DNA of 64,000 nucleotides from Laetmonice hystrix (Eukaryota): NCBI GenBank assembly GCA_965235115.1, contig OZ249440.1, positions 19,282,001 to 19,346,000 of the forward strand, read 5' to 3'. Shown piece by piece: positions 10,856 to 22,800 of this stretch (position 1 is its first letter; each line of letters starts with the position of its first letter). The notes under the pieces were generated by a model. It saw only the letters and a program-made list of their open reading frames with translations, ran no database searches and was not told where the DNA came from. The position numbers and the translations under genes were made by a program.

Positions 10856-11500
10856 TTTTTTTTTTTTTTTTTATTGTGCATATTTAACCAGGGTATCCTA
10901 CTCGGCTAACAGCCGCCATTAATGTGGGACCCTGTTGAAAAAATATTTACAACATTAACATAATAAGCGATATAACAATACAATAAAGGAATTAATACAT
11001 GCAACTATATACATCACATATAATACAACCGAATTATTCACATACATACAGAATTAATTTCACGAGTAATTTTCATTTAAGAACACATTGTTATAATATT
11101 TTTTAATTTCATTTTTAAACTCCGTCTTGTCACTCAATGTTCTAATGTGTACGGGTAAATCATTCCATAGTAAAGGTCCAGTATAACAATTACATTTCTT
11201 AAAAAGTTCGCTTTTGGGTCTAGGTACTTGTAATAATATTGCATCATGAGATCTTGTAGAAATATCTAATCTGTCTATACTCGCAGAATTATCTTGGATT
11301 TGTGAAAAAGTTGTCTTTTGGAGCATGATTAATCTTCTATATTTACATGGTAATAGGTGGGCATCGTTATGTAGTTCAACTGTACTATAAAATCTATCTT
11401 TATTCAATGCAATTTTTAATCCATTATTTTGAATAACCTGTAGCTTGTGTTTAAAGTACTCAGTACAAGTTCCATGGAAAATATTGCCGTATTCTAAATA
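10856..11500 (-). mobile_element. 5'-truncated L2/CR1-type LINE (RT C-terminus, 3' UTR and A-tail)
   Basis: YLEYGNIF..KLQVIQNNGLKIAL..TRS..LQVPRPKSELFKKCNCYTGPLLWNDLPVHIR..FKNEIKKY. 3' end CAGGGTCCC..TTAGCCGAGTAGGATACCCTGGTTAAATA..CAATAAA followed by an A-tail (T17 on plus strand, 10856-10872). Confidence 0.8.
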
Positions 11501-11502
11501 GG

Positions 11503-11965
11503 GAAGGCGCCCACATCCACTTCTATTTGTACAAGATCTCAGGCTTGGTACCCCCCACCCCCACCCATGCAAGGCGTGTTTCGAAAGTTATAGATCGAGG
11601 CATAGGCCTACCCTGGCCCTCAATCTGTCGGTAGGCCTACATCACCCGTGATAACTTAAATTAAAATCCCACGAAATTTGGTCGAAAGTAAAGATCCATA
11701 GACCTGACAAAAACATATCCCTATTCCCGACCTTAACCCGTACCCCTGCCCAAAAACTGGGGAAGTTATATTAGGGGAGAATAACCAATCTGGGATTCCC
11801 ACCAGTGGCGGAACCAACGGAGCTACTCGACACAATTCACCAGACATAGGCCTTTGCCTATTTTCTTTTTAATAGTTTTTTTTCGGGGTGGGGGTGGGGG
11901 TGGGGGTGGGGGGTACCAAGCCTGAGATCTTGTACTTGTAAATAGAAGTGGATGTGGGCGCCTTC
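11503..11965. mobile_element. MITE with ~65-bp terminal inverted repeats
   Basis: GAAGGCGCCCACATCCACTTCTATTTGTACAAGATCTCAGGCTTGGTACCCCCCACCCCC is repeated in inverted form at ~11888-11965. It abuts the truncated 5' end of the LINE. TSD not identified. Confidence 0.7.
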
Positions 11966-14900
11966 AATTTGTGACGATTGGGCGCTGGCCCAACGTCTGT
12001 GTCAAGTGCATGTGCACTAAGCACGTCGCTACCCCGGCCACACATCGCCTGAGTGTGCAGCCACCCATGACTAAGTATCCCACCCCCAGCTGACCAGGGC
12101 CCAGTGGCGCCGTCAGCCAGCGTATTCTCATTGGCTCCCCTGGCATGCATATGCATATCCCTCTGATATAAAAGCCCGGTCTCTGCAATAAGTCTGGGAG
12201 TGTCGTTAAACCTCCAGCTAAGAAGGGACGGAATACTGCCCTGAGTAACTTACAAGCCGAAACCACTGAAATGGCTACCTCTAAGTCCAGGTATGTACGG
12301 TAGACGTGCCAATAGGCATGTATAAGAATGCTTGTACCAGCAATTTATGCCAAGCTGTATTTGAATAAAACCAGCAATTTATGCCAAGCTGTCGTCAGAG
12401 CTTGAAACGTATAGGAAATACGTGTAAGGTCTGCTCGTCAGATATGGCCATAAGCCTAAGGCCAGAGTAAGGGTTTTTCTGATTATTTAGGCCAAAAAGC
12501 TGAATGTGAACATTCAGATCCAATTCATTATAAACAAGATGTTAGATCTTTTAGGTTAGTTCTCTGCCGAATATGGAATATTCGGATCTCAGACAAGACT
12601 TGAGTCTTGTATATTCATTATATTCATTTTTACGACAGGAATACAACGAGAAGTACTAACCCTATTTTAGACCAGAGGCAGGATAGGTTTATCACTACCC
12701 GTATTTGAATAAAACCATTTCTTTCTCAACTCCAATATGAGTGTTTGTGTTCTTTTCATCCAGTGTCACATGTTAAGGGACTTGGGAGCCCAGTAGCTAA
12801 CCTGGCAACGAGGCCAGGGACGTTACAAATTGTTACAGTCCACTGCTCATGTCGCCTACTCATCAGTCATGGAGGCTCTCTCTCCCCGACACGTCCACCT
12901 GTAATCCTCCCCTGTCCACCCACTAGACCCTGACAGACGCCAAGACCACTTGAGAAACAAGGCCATCTGTCACCTACCAACCTCCAGTCCATTCACTTGG
13001 CCTCCACTATACCTAGGCCCCCACGTTAGTTCAAGTATGCCTCCACCAATAACTTTCGAAACACGCCTCAAGCATTTGAAGATTTTCGGATCGTCGCATG
13101 AATTTAAGTATTCAGTGGTCATAGACTACATTCCATTTATGAAGCTTTCCCCCGTTAAAACAAGGCTTATTGTCTGGGTTCCAGTTTCTTTATTATCAGT
13201 GTAAGCATGCATACACATACAATGCCAGCAATTCACAGGAAAAAGATGTAATGGCCATCACTGTATACATGAGTGTTGTTTATATTGTCGAGGTTGTAGT
13301 GTGCACCAGGTTGTACTGTGCACCAGGTCTATAAGTTCTATCAGTGCTCCCTCAGTTGACAGAAAAACGCTCCCTCAGTTGACAGAAAAACAATCTTTGC
13401 CTGGCCTACATGGAGCCACTGATGGAAGAACTGAACGAAAGACGCCTCATACCATGCATTATGGTTTCGACATAGGAAAAAATCTCCTTTTCCAATTTCC
13501 CTGCCAATGCTTGTGATTTATGCGTCATCAAGTTGCAAAATATGAAAAGGCGCTAACCTCATGAGAGGGAGAAGATCTGACTGGGTTCATTTGGATACTG
13601 TTAGGTTAGCGGTCGCGTCAGATCGGCATTTAAATCAAATATTGTTTTAAATGATTTATACTCCTACAGACCAGATGAACAATGTTTTAACCCTGACTTC
13701 ATACATATATCTATAAGCATTGTAAAGACAAGGTTATTGGGAAGGTGTTATTCTGAAAGAATGGCACGACCAGATTTTGCTAAATTTCCTTTTATCTGGA
13801 CCCTAATTCATAATCGATGACACGATGACACAGATACAGCGTTAAATTGTGTGCTGGCAATCGGGCTTAATGACGCGCCATCTAGCGGTACATTTGTCAG
13901 AATCGTGACCCGTTCTGTATACAAGTACTTGATACGTGTACAGGTTCTATCTCCATAATACACTGAACGGTATTGAAAACGTATCGGCCCAAATGTATAT
14001 ATTGTCATCACTAGTAGGATGTGCAAAGTGTTTTGGTTGAGAACAGGAATGTTGTTTTCTGGGTAGTCTATTGCGTTGAGTTACCTCTCTCGTATGCATC
14101 ATATGCCGGACACGACTGTATTAGCGAAGTACCGCCTGTTGTCGACAGGGGGCATTTGTGTTCATGCATGAGTTGCATCGAATGGGAGTGGGCACGTCTC
14201 CATAAATGGCGCTGTGAGGGACACAGAAATCAATCACAAATGTGCATTTGTCAATCCCTGCGACGACAACGTTCTGCATGGATGACATACACAGTACTGA
14301 CCTGGCTTCTTGTCAAATATGTAACTCACCCAAACTGTTCCGTTCAAATAAATATTTGAGCTATATTTTCAACCTACGCGTTTTCATTGCCGTTTAGTAT
14401 ATAACTGACAGAAATAATTTATGTTGTACCACATTTAAATTGTCTATGCTATGCATCAACTGATATATACCAACCTGATCAATAGACACTGAACTGGAAA
14501 GCTACATGAAGCCACACACGGACTCCAACCATGTTTAAACCAAGAGGCTTCAAATCCACACCATTAGCACATGATCTATTAGCTTTTAGAACAACAGCGC
14601 TTTCAAAATGCTAACGACTACCTCTTACTTAAATAATTAACGTTGTCTTGAACGATACAAGGGTTGCCACTAGACATAGTTTTGCACCAAGTCCCAACAT
14701 AACAGAAAGTCAATATTAATCAATAATATTGGCTCATAATTCATCTTTGCGGTCTTAGATGGTATTATGAAATCTTTGAATTCCTTGAGGTCAAACAATG
14801 AATAATTCAATATGCTTAAATAGTAAATCAATCTGCCAAAATAGTAAATGATGGACATTCCACCACCACACCAAAATAATAAAAAAAAAAGATAGAATTG

Positions 14901-14983
14901 TATATTTTGCAGAAAAGCTTAAATGTGCAGTGTAACATGTTGGAATTCTACGAATATATACTAGCATAAATAGTTGTTGATCT

Positions 14984-16850
14984 TTAGCCAACGAATAGTG
15001 AATGGATACGTTTTAGTTGTTCAGGATTAACATTGATTGGGATGGTGTCCCCAGTTTTACTGGTAGGTGTAGGAATCTTGATCGACCCTATGCATTGCGA
15101 ATCCACTGTTTTTTCATGCAACATCTGAAACAAAGAAATAATATAATACTTGTATCCGTACAGCACATTTTTTTCAAGTAATATTTCAGAAACTTTCTGA
15201 TGCTCTGTCTATAGGAATACTTATAAATGTTATTTGGCATCGAGTGGTTGAGGGACAATAACAACTAAATACCAAATGTTTCTAAGCTCTTGGCTGTGAG
15301 CAGCAAGAGAAAACTTCTTTCCTGACTCCGACACACTCCTTCACTTACTGCTTCTCTCTCTTACATAAAACGATCCCCTAGCAGTGTTAGTAAGCATACC
15401 TTGGCAAACGCTGGTGTTGGGAATGCCGAGAAGTCTGTCCGGATCTGTCCACCTGTCCGGTTGGCAGCTAGTAGATTGGTCACTTGGACCTGCAGCTGTG
15501 GGTGTCAACCAAAAAACATGTCAGACTTTCAAATTTTATAAACTCACCGTCCTCCCTAACAACTCTAAGGCTACTCCATGAGATTTCCATTTTCCAAATC
15601 ACAGGGTTCTAAAGATTTACCTTTTTGCCAATAGCCTGAACTAACGCTGTTCAACTGCAGTAGGAATTCAGGCTTTTTCAAAGCATTCAAATAGTTCTTA
15701 AATCTATAGTCTGACCTGAAAAGTTCCCGGTCCCAGACGTCAGATTTGTGGATCTTTTGAACCAAGAAAGACCAACATCTATAGATTTGCACTATAACAG
15801 CTAAAGTTGTTTATTTAGTAATATTGCTACATGTCATGAAGAGACTGTACCTCATTAGCTCGGTGCTGGGCGCTGGCCATGTTGGCCGTATTTTCGATGA
15901 GACGAGTCATTGGGTTGACTGTCTCGGTGACCGGCTCCATGCCTGGTTTTCTCTTGGTGATATCAATAACCCGTGGGTTGGCAGCCATGTTGTAGAGATC
16001 CTAGGACAGCACACATATAACCGTCTCAGTGTCAGTGTTAACGGAAGGGGTGTTGTTTATGTTAGATCAAAGTCGTCAGGTTCTTCAGGTCGCGGGTATC
16101 ATCTCACTTACCTTGAGGAGTTTGCCAGTGTCCCGTGACAGTTTTCGGATGTCTTCCTTGGCAGCTTCATCCTCTGCTGGCATATCTCCGATCTTCACTG
16201 TCCCTGTTTGACTGGTGAGGCCGACTGGTTTGTGGGGAACCTTCAGTGGAGGTAGGGCACTCAGCTGGGCCTGAAACCAAGGGTATTAACAGTATAAAAC
16301 TACAACCATTGTGGATGATCAATTATATCAAAATGGGGGGGGGGGGGGGGGGGTTCCTACACAAAATGGGAAGACGGTTAATATCTATTTAAATTGTTCT
16401 ACCATGTTAATCCCGGCCATCCTTTACAAACAATAGTTCTAAAAGAATACCTTCATTTTCTGTCCTCTTAGACGTGTGTTTTCACCCTTGACAGTTATCA
16501 GCGCCTCACGCAGAGATTCAATCTGAAATATTAGCAACCAAACCATCGATATACATTTGTGTATACTGCTGCCCTCTACAGGACCAATCTCAATCCACAC
16601 ACACACATACTTTAGACGGTTTCTTCATATACTTAGAGAAATCCATGAGATTAAACATAACATGATCAGTTTGGCCTGATCAGCTCACCTGTTTAATTAT
16701 TACATAACTTCGTACGATTTTTACAAGTTTGCCCTGCTCATCTGTCATGACCTCTAACAGACGACTACATAAGGACAAAGATTACCTGTTGGACAAGGAG
16801 TGGTGAGTCCTTCACTGCCAGTATTCCAGAACCTCCGGTTAACGCTCCAA
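14984..16850 (-). CDS. DCTN1: DCTN1 C-terminal exons (6 exons)
   Basis: KDSPLLVQQ / [19 protein letters not shown] / [12 protein letters not shown] / [15 protein letters not shown] / [20 protein letters not shown] / [17 protein letters not shown]. Confidence 0.9.
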
Positions 16851-19800
16851 CTGTGATCGGTACAGAAATTGAACACTTCATCAGATGACTCTTCCAAAAA
16901 CATGACCAATGCATGCCACGCAGTACATTAGACACATGCCCGCCACCTTCTATAGCAGAGTACAGTGTATTTTCTATTGATGTCAGTATAAACTTTTACA
17001 ACATCTAGCTGGCCACTTCTCCTGACCCAACAACACTTCATATTTAACCATTTTTTCAACAAACGTTACCATATTGTTAAAACGACTCGTTTTTTCAGCC
17101 TCATCTCAATTTTATGTCCCAAATAAAGTTGTGGACCAGGAACTACGGTAATAGCAAACACAGGCAAAACCTGACTGAGGACCCCGTGACGGAATCCAAA
17201 TAGAACATTGATTACGTGTATCACAATTCTCATCAAGTTCACATTTTACCACACCTTTTATCCGAATACATCACACCTCTACGTTACGTGTATTAATAAA
17301 ATGAAATACAAAATGCGACTTCTGAGGGAGAACAAACAACATTACACTTAGTACTCTCATGAATAAACTATATCAGCTAACTAAACGTGGATTCACCAAA
17401 CCAAACTAACTGAATCATGAAAGAGCTGCAACTGTCAATCTTATGAACGAGGATAAAAATGGTTATCAAAGATGTATGGCGTCATGAAAAACTTAAAATT
17501 TAGTTACATGCAAATGTTACTTAAACATTAACATTTGTATGCTGTTATGTGCAGCACTGCTATTTTCAGGTTTCCTTTCTGTCTTTTATTCCCTTATTTC
17601 AAGGAAGCTATAGAGGCGTCAACTCGTCAAACTAGGGGAAAAGACAACGATCAGTTGCATCATGCACATGCAATCTCTCATGATCCATTGTGAACGATGC
17701 ATTATTCAATGCACAATGACTTAGAAAACAATTCATATGAAATCTTCTCCTCCATGCTTTAGTTCATTCCCTTATTTGAAAAAAATTCTTAACATTTTAA
17801 GAAGAAGCAGAGACAGATATTGCATCAATTCTTTCCCCTTGCTCCATCTTCGTACAGTTTCCTTGCTGTGTTACATGGAACTTTTGGAAGCAGGCCAACA
17901 TGTGCCTGATGTCTCAAGTCCCTGTTCCTGTCTTAGATTGGGATGAGCCTGACTTAATCTATAATAATCAAACTGTCCCGAGCAGAATAACATTTCTCAA
18001 TTTATTGCCGCCAGAGATAAATGTTACAATTTATCTCTCTAAGATTACAGGCACATCTTTCCAAGTCAACTTGCAAATGACAGCCTGGCAAATTGTCTCT
18101 CACTCTTTCTCACTTCTGAGTCTCTCATTGCAACAGAATCTAAAGGCTGAAGATGAGCAAATTCCCATTACGGCATTTCTTTCTACCAAGATTCAAATCT
18201 AATTAGTAAATCAAGTTTGCGGTTCAAAGGGAAGCAGCTTCAAGGCCAATACTAAGCCAGAACGAACTTTTAATCTTCGATCTGAGAATTATTCATGCAA
18301 TACTTATAATGTATACAGATAAGTATATTGTGCATACATATAAGTTTTTCAAAGTCAAGAAAGAAGTAATTATTGAAAACCACGTACAGTCCAGGACTGG
18401 AAGCAGTCATAAGACGTTGTTGAAGAATGAAACCAAAAACATGTGATTAACAGTAGGTTAAAAAAAACCGTTATTTATATGAAAGATATCTCGACTGGTG
18501 TAAAAGCGACACCCACCAAGTTGTGCACTGTCTACCGCCCTGCCTCTCTGCCTTATAATTTTACTCAGAATGGAAGAGGCAGAGAAACACGATACGGAAT
18601 CAGTCAGTGGACGCTTTACCTCCTGAGGAACAACATTAAACAACATGATATCTAACAATCAGTTACTGGCTGTCTGCTGGTACGGCAGTATAAAATGTAT
18701 GCCTAGCACCAATACCCCATTATAACTATCTAGAATGTCAGTCAGTAAATAGAATGTCCAAGTCGCAGCACTTTTTACCACTCAACTCAACTCAACGGCT
18801 GAGTAACGTCGGATTAGTCAAAGTTTAACTACACCGGACAAGTTTACGGATCCCAATCATGTTCTATAGTTGTCACCCGATGGGTACTGGTGGCTGTCTC
18901 AGGGTACCCACTACAGACATCATACCCTATTCCGTGATCAACTCAAAGAAATTGTGGGCGGTCTTGTATCGGAAGCCTGCCAAACTACTGGTGTAAATAC
19001 CGATTCTGTCCTGTTAATTTGGATAACATAAAACAACATAGCTGATTATATTCTAGTACCTTCGCTTCCTAGCGTAGAACAGCATCGGCCAATGTAAACA
19101 AGGGACACAAGATGCAAAGTGAGAATTACTACAGTTGTGAACTCTACGCAAGGTTCAAATCCACTGGGCACAATTCTTAAACATGTTTTTTTATTATCAT
19201 TACCTTAGGACAGAAAACTGTAGAGTCACAACAAACTGAAGATTTTTATTGCCAGATACTGTGTTAAGAGTTTGTACTACTTGAATCTGTCTAACATGTC
19301 ATTACCATGTTACACACTGAATCCCAACTACTGGTAGTGAGGAATAAACATCAAACAAAAACAAAACACATGAAGCAATACCAATCTATATGACAAGGAC
19401 ACCAGTACTTGGCTATATGAATACAGCATATAAAGTCTGACTCGTGATTGTTGCTTGAGGTCTAATTGACTAGAAATAGGCGACGGTATATCCTTATATA
19501 TAGGACGTAAATACTGAAACCATGTAAAAACTGGAGAAGGCGACAAAGAAGATAACCAGGAACAATTTTTTAGGTTTGAGGTGAACTGTCGCAAACAGGA
19601 TATTAAAGCTGTCCCACCATGAGTTAGTTTTTATTAAAGGATCAAAATAACATCAATGAAGATACACCATCCCATTCCAAATATAATCACTCCAAAGAAC
19701 CAAAATAAAAGTTTCGAGGAGGGAAGGACATGAGGAGAGAGTTTGGCGTTACGATTATGTTCTAAGAGTTAACCCAGCGAGCTGGCAGGGTGTGAAAACT

Positions 19801-22800
19801 CTGCCGACTTGGAGTAGATGAGCGAGTGTGAGATGTCAATGTGAATGAAGCGTGAGACAGTCAGAAAACTTTACCTGTGGCTGGCCGTTAACTCTCTCAG
19901 ATACACAGCTTGTCAACAACTTTGAGATATATAACACATAAAGTTTGGGTTTGTGTAGGGAAGGTCATGAATGCGCTCTTTACTTGTAAAAATATAAAGC
20001 AAGATACTAAAATAATGACAACCAGTATTTTTGATTCTCTTTCTTGAAAAGGAGAGGTAGTAGATTTTGAGCCATGTCAAGATCGAAACTGCTGTTCTTT
20101 TAGAATTTCTCCAGAATTATCCATTACAACTGTTCTTTTCTCTATATAATACCATGCACATAGCTCTAACCATTGAGATATTTTGATTTTGATAAACATG
20201 TCAGTCCTGCGGCCAGTGACAGAAAAGCAAGAGTTAGTGAGGGTGCGATACCTGTATTGCCGGAGACAAGAGCTGCGATACCTGACTGGGATGTTCGACT
20301 TAGACCCTCGATGATTGTCTTCTTTGACAAAACTTTCAGTCGTTCTTTCAAGTCCGCTTTCTCGTTTTCCAGAACATCAATGTCTGCCTGTAGGGCGTCC
20401 ATTGTTTCGTCAAACTCCCTTGTAAAGACATTGACAACACGGTATAAGGCAAAGAACACACCAAATAAACCATCTCTTTCTATAGACACACCAAATTATG
20501 AGTCATGTATACCAGAATATGACGTCTATCTTCTACCTGCCAACACTGACCGTGTCTTACTTACACCAAATAATAGCAGAATATAGCTTACTTCTCCTTC
20601 TTCTGAAGGTTAAGATTGGCTTCATCCAGTTTGCGTTGAACCTTCTCGATGTTGAGATCACCATCTCGGCCAGCATTCTCCAGTTTCTTCTCTAGCATAC
20701 CGATACGGATCTGTTGGTCTGACAGCTCCTCCGCCTTATCATAGGTAACAACAATATCATTATATAGACATTCACAGACCAGAAAAACCAATTCAGAGTA
20801 TGACATGTTGGTCTGACAGCTCCTCCGTCTCATCATACGTAACAACAATATCATTATATAGACATTCACAGACCAGGAAAACCAATTCAGAGTCTGACAT
20901 GTTGGTCTGACAGCTCCTCCGTCTCATCATACGTAACAACAATATCATTATATAGACATTCACAAACCAGGAAAACCAATTCAGAGTCTGACATGTTGGT
21001 CTGACAGCTCCTCCGTCTCATCATACGTAACAACAATATCATTATATAGACATTCACAGACCAGGAAAACCAATTCAGAGTATGACATGTTGGTCTGACA
21101 GCTCCTCCGCCTTATCATAGGTAACAACAATATCATTATATAGACATTCACAGACCAGGAAAACATTCAGAGTCTGACATGTTGGTCTGACAGCTCCTCT
21201 GCCTTATCATACATAACAACAATATCATTATATAGACATTCACAGACCAGGAAAACCAATTCAGAGTCTGACATGTTGGTCTGACAGCTCCTCCGTCTCA
21301 TCATAGGTAACAACAATATCATTATATAGACATTCACAGACCAGGAAAACATTCAGAGTCTGACATGTTGGTCTGACAGCTCCTCCGTCTCATCATAGGT
21401 AACAACAATATCATTATATAGACATTCACAGACCAGGAAAACCAATTCAGAGTATGATATACTAGTTCATCTTTCTAAATACGGTTCTCTTTTCCTAGTG
21501 AAACCCCATATGGAAAGCCTGGGTCTCCCTGATTCCAAAGGAATCAGAAAGACCCCACTAGCTTTAAAAAAATGTGTAGCACTGGCAAAACCACAGGTAT
21601 TGGTTGAATGTTATACCCTACTCTGAGATAACATTTTCAGTTATTACCTTAAGTTTGAGCTGACGTCGCAGTTCCTTGATATCCTCATCCTTGGACTCCA
21701 GCCGCAGTTTCATGTTTTCAATGTCAGCCATCTGCTGTTTCACCATCTGTGATCTCAGGGTTGCTGGTGGAATGCCCTGCAGACGGGAAAAGATAAAAAA
21801 AAGCTCTACTTAATGGAATAGGTAAACTGTAAAACCTATTAGAGGCAATGTCATCAAGTGAACGACTACTGCAATGAAATCAATGTCCTCTCGCACACAG
21901 AGATGACTTCACTGACGTCTGGCTTCCCTCGTCCACAGAGATTATGGTAACATAGATATTAATTGTAACATGATAGACTTGCCATGGTGAGTGACAAAGT
22001 CTATGTACCAGATCATGTCTATCAGTTCATAGAGATTACCGTCAAAATCACATTGTCTTCTGTAATTAAATAATAAACAATTGATGATACTACCTCCCTC
22101 CCCTCTCAAACACTATCCTCTAGACCACAGATATATCTCCTGGATATCCTCTACATTACTGGGCCTACCTTCATAATGTCACATAATATCCCTTATCCTA
22201 TAATTCCCATTTTTTGTGACCGTACACTTGTGTTTACAGTGTCTTGGTCTCTTACTATTAACACGGTAGGTATAACACAATTGAGGTTAATCATGAAGTA
22301 TTTCAATCGTCAGTTGTGAGTTCATTATGATCAAAACTAGGGAGACCACCACAACCTGGACCAAAAACTTAAAATGAAGCATGCTAAAATATTTCAGCTC
22401 TTAACAGGTCTAAAGACAAATGACTGTAGCCAAAGGTTGGGGTACGTTTTTAAGAACAAAAAAATGGACTCTCTGAAAGGCTGCCTTCAATGACAGACTA
22501 GGCCGGTTTGTGGTACCGTACTGGTAATTCACACATTGCACATCAAGTGATCTTGATCATTTTCAGGACAAACAAAGATAATATGATGAGTAAATTTACT
22601 ATCAGCAGCCTAGCTCTGACAGTGAAGGCAGCCAAAATGAGTTCTGTATATATTTTATCTTTAAAGTCCATAACCAATTCCAACAAGAATAGATACCCGG
22701 TTCCACAGTAGATAACTGGTACTCTTAGTTGATCGGGAGAATATTTCTAAGAGCTCATGCACTTACACGTTTTCATACCTTATGCGCTACTCCTAACAGA

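Noticed and set aside
19152-19162. tRNA B-box-like GGTTCAAATCC
   Set aside because: No A box or cloverleaf in the flanking sequence.
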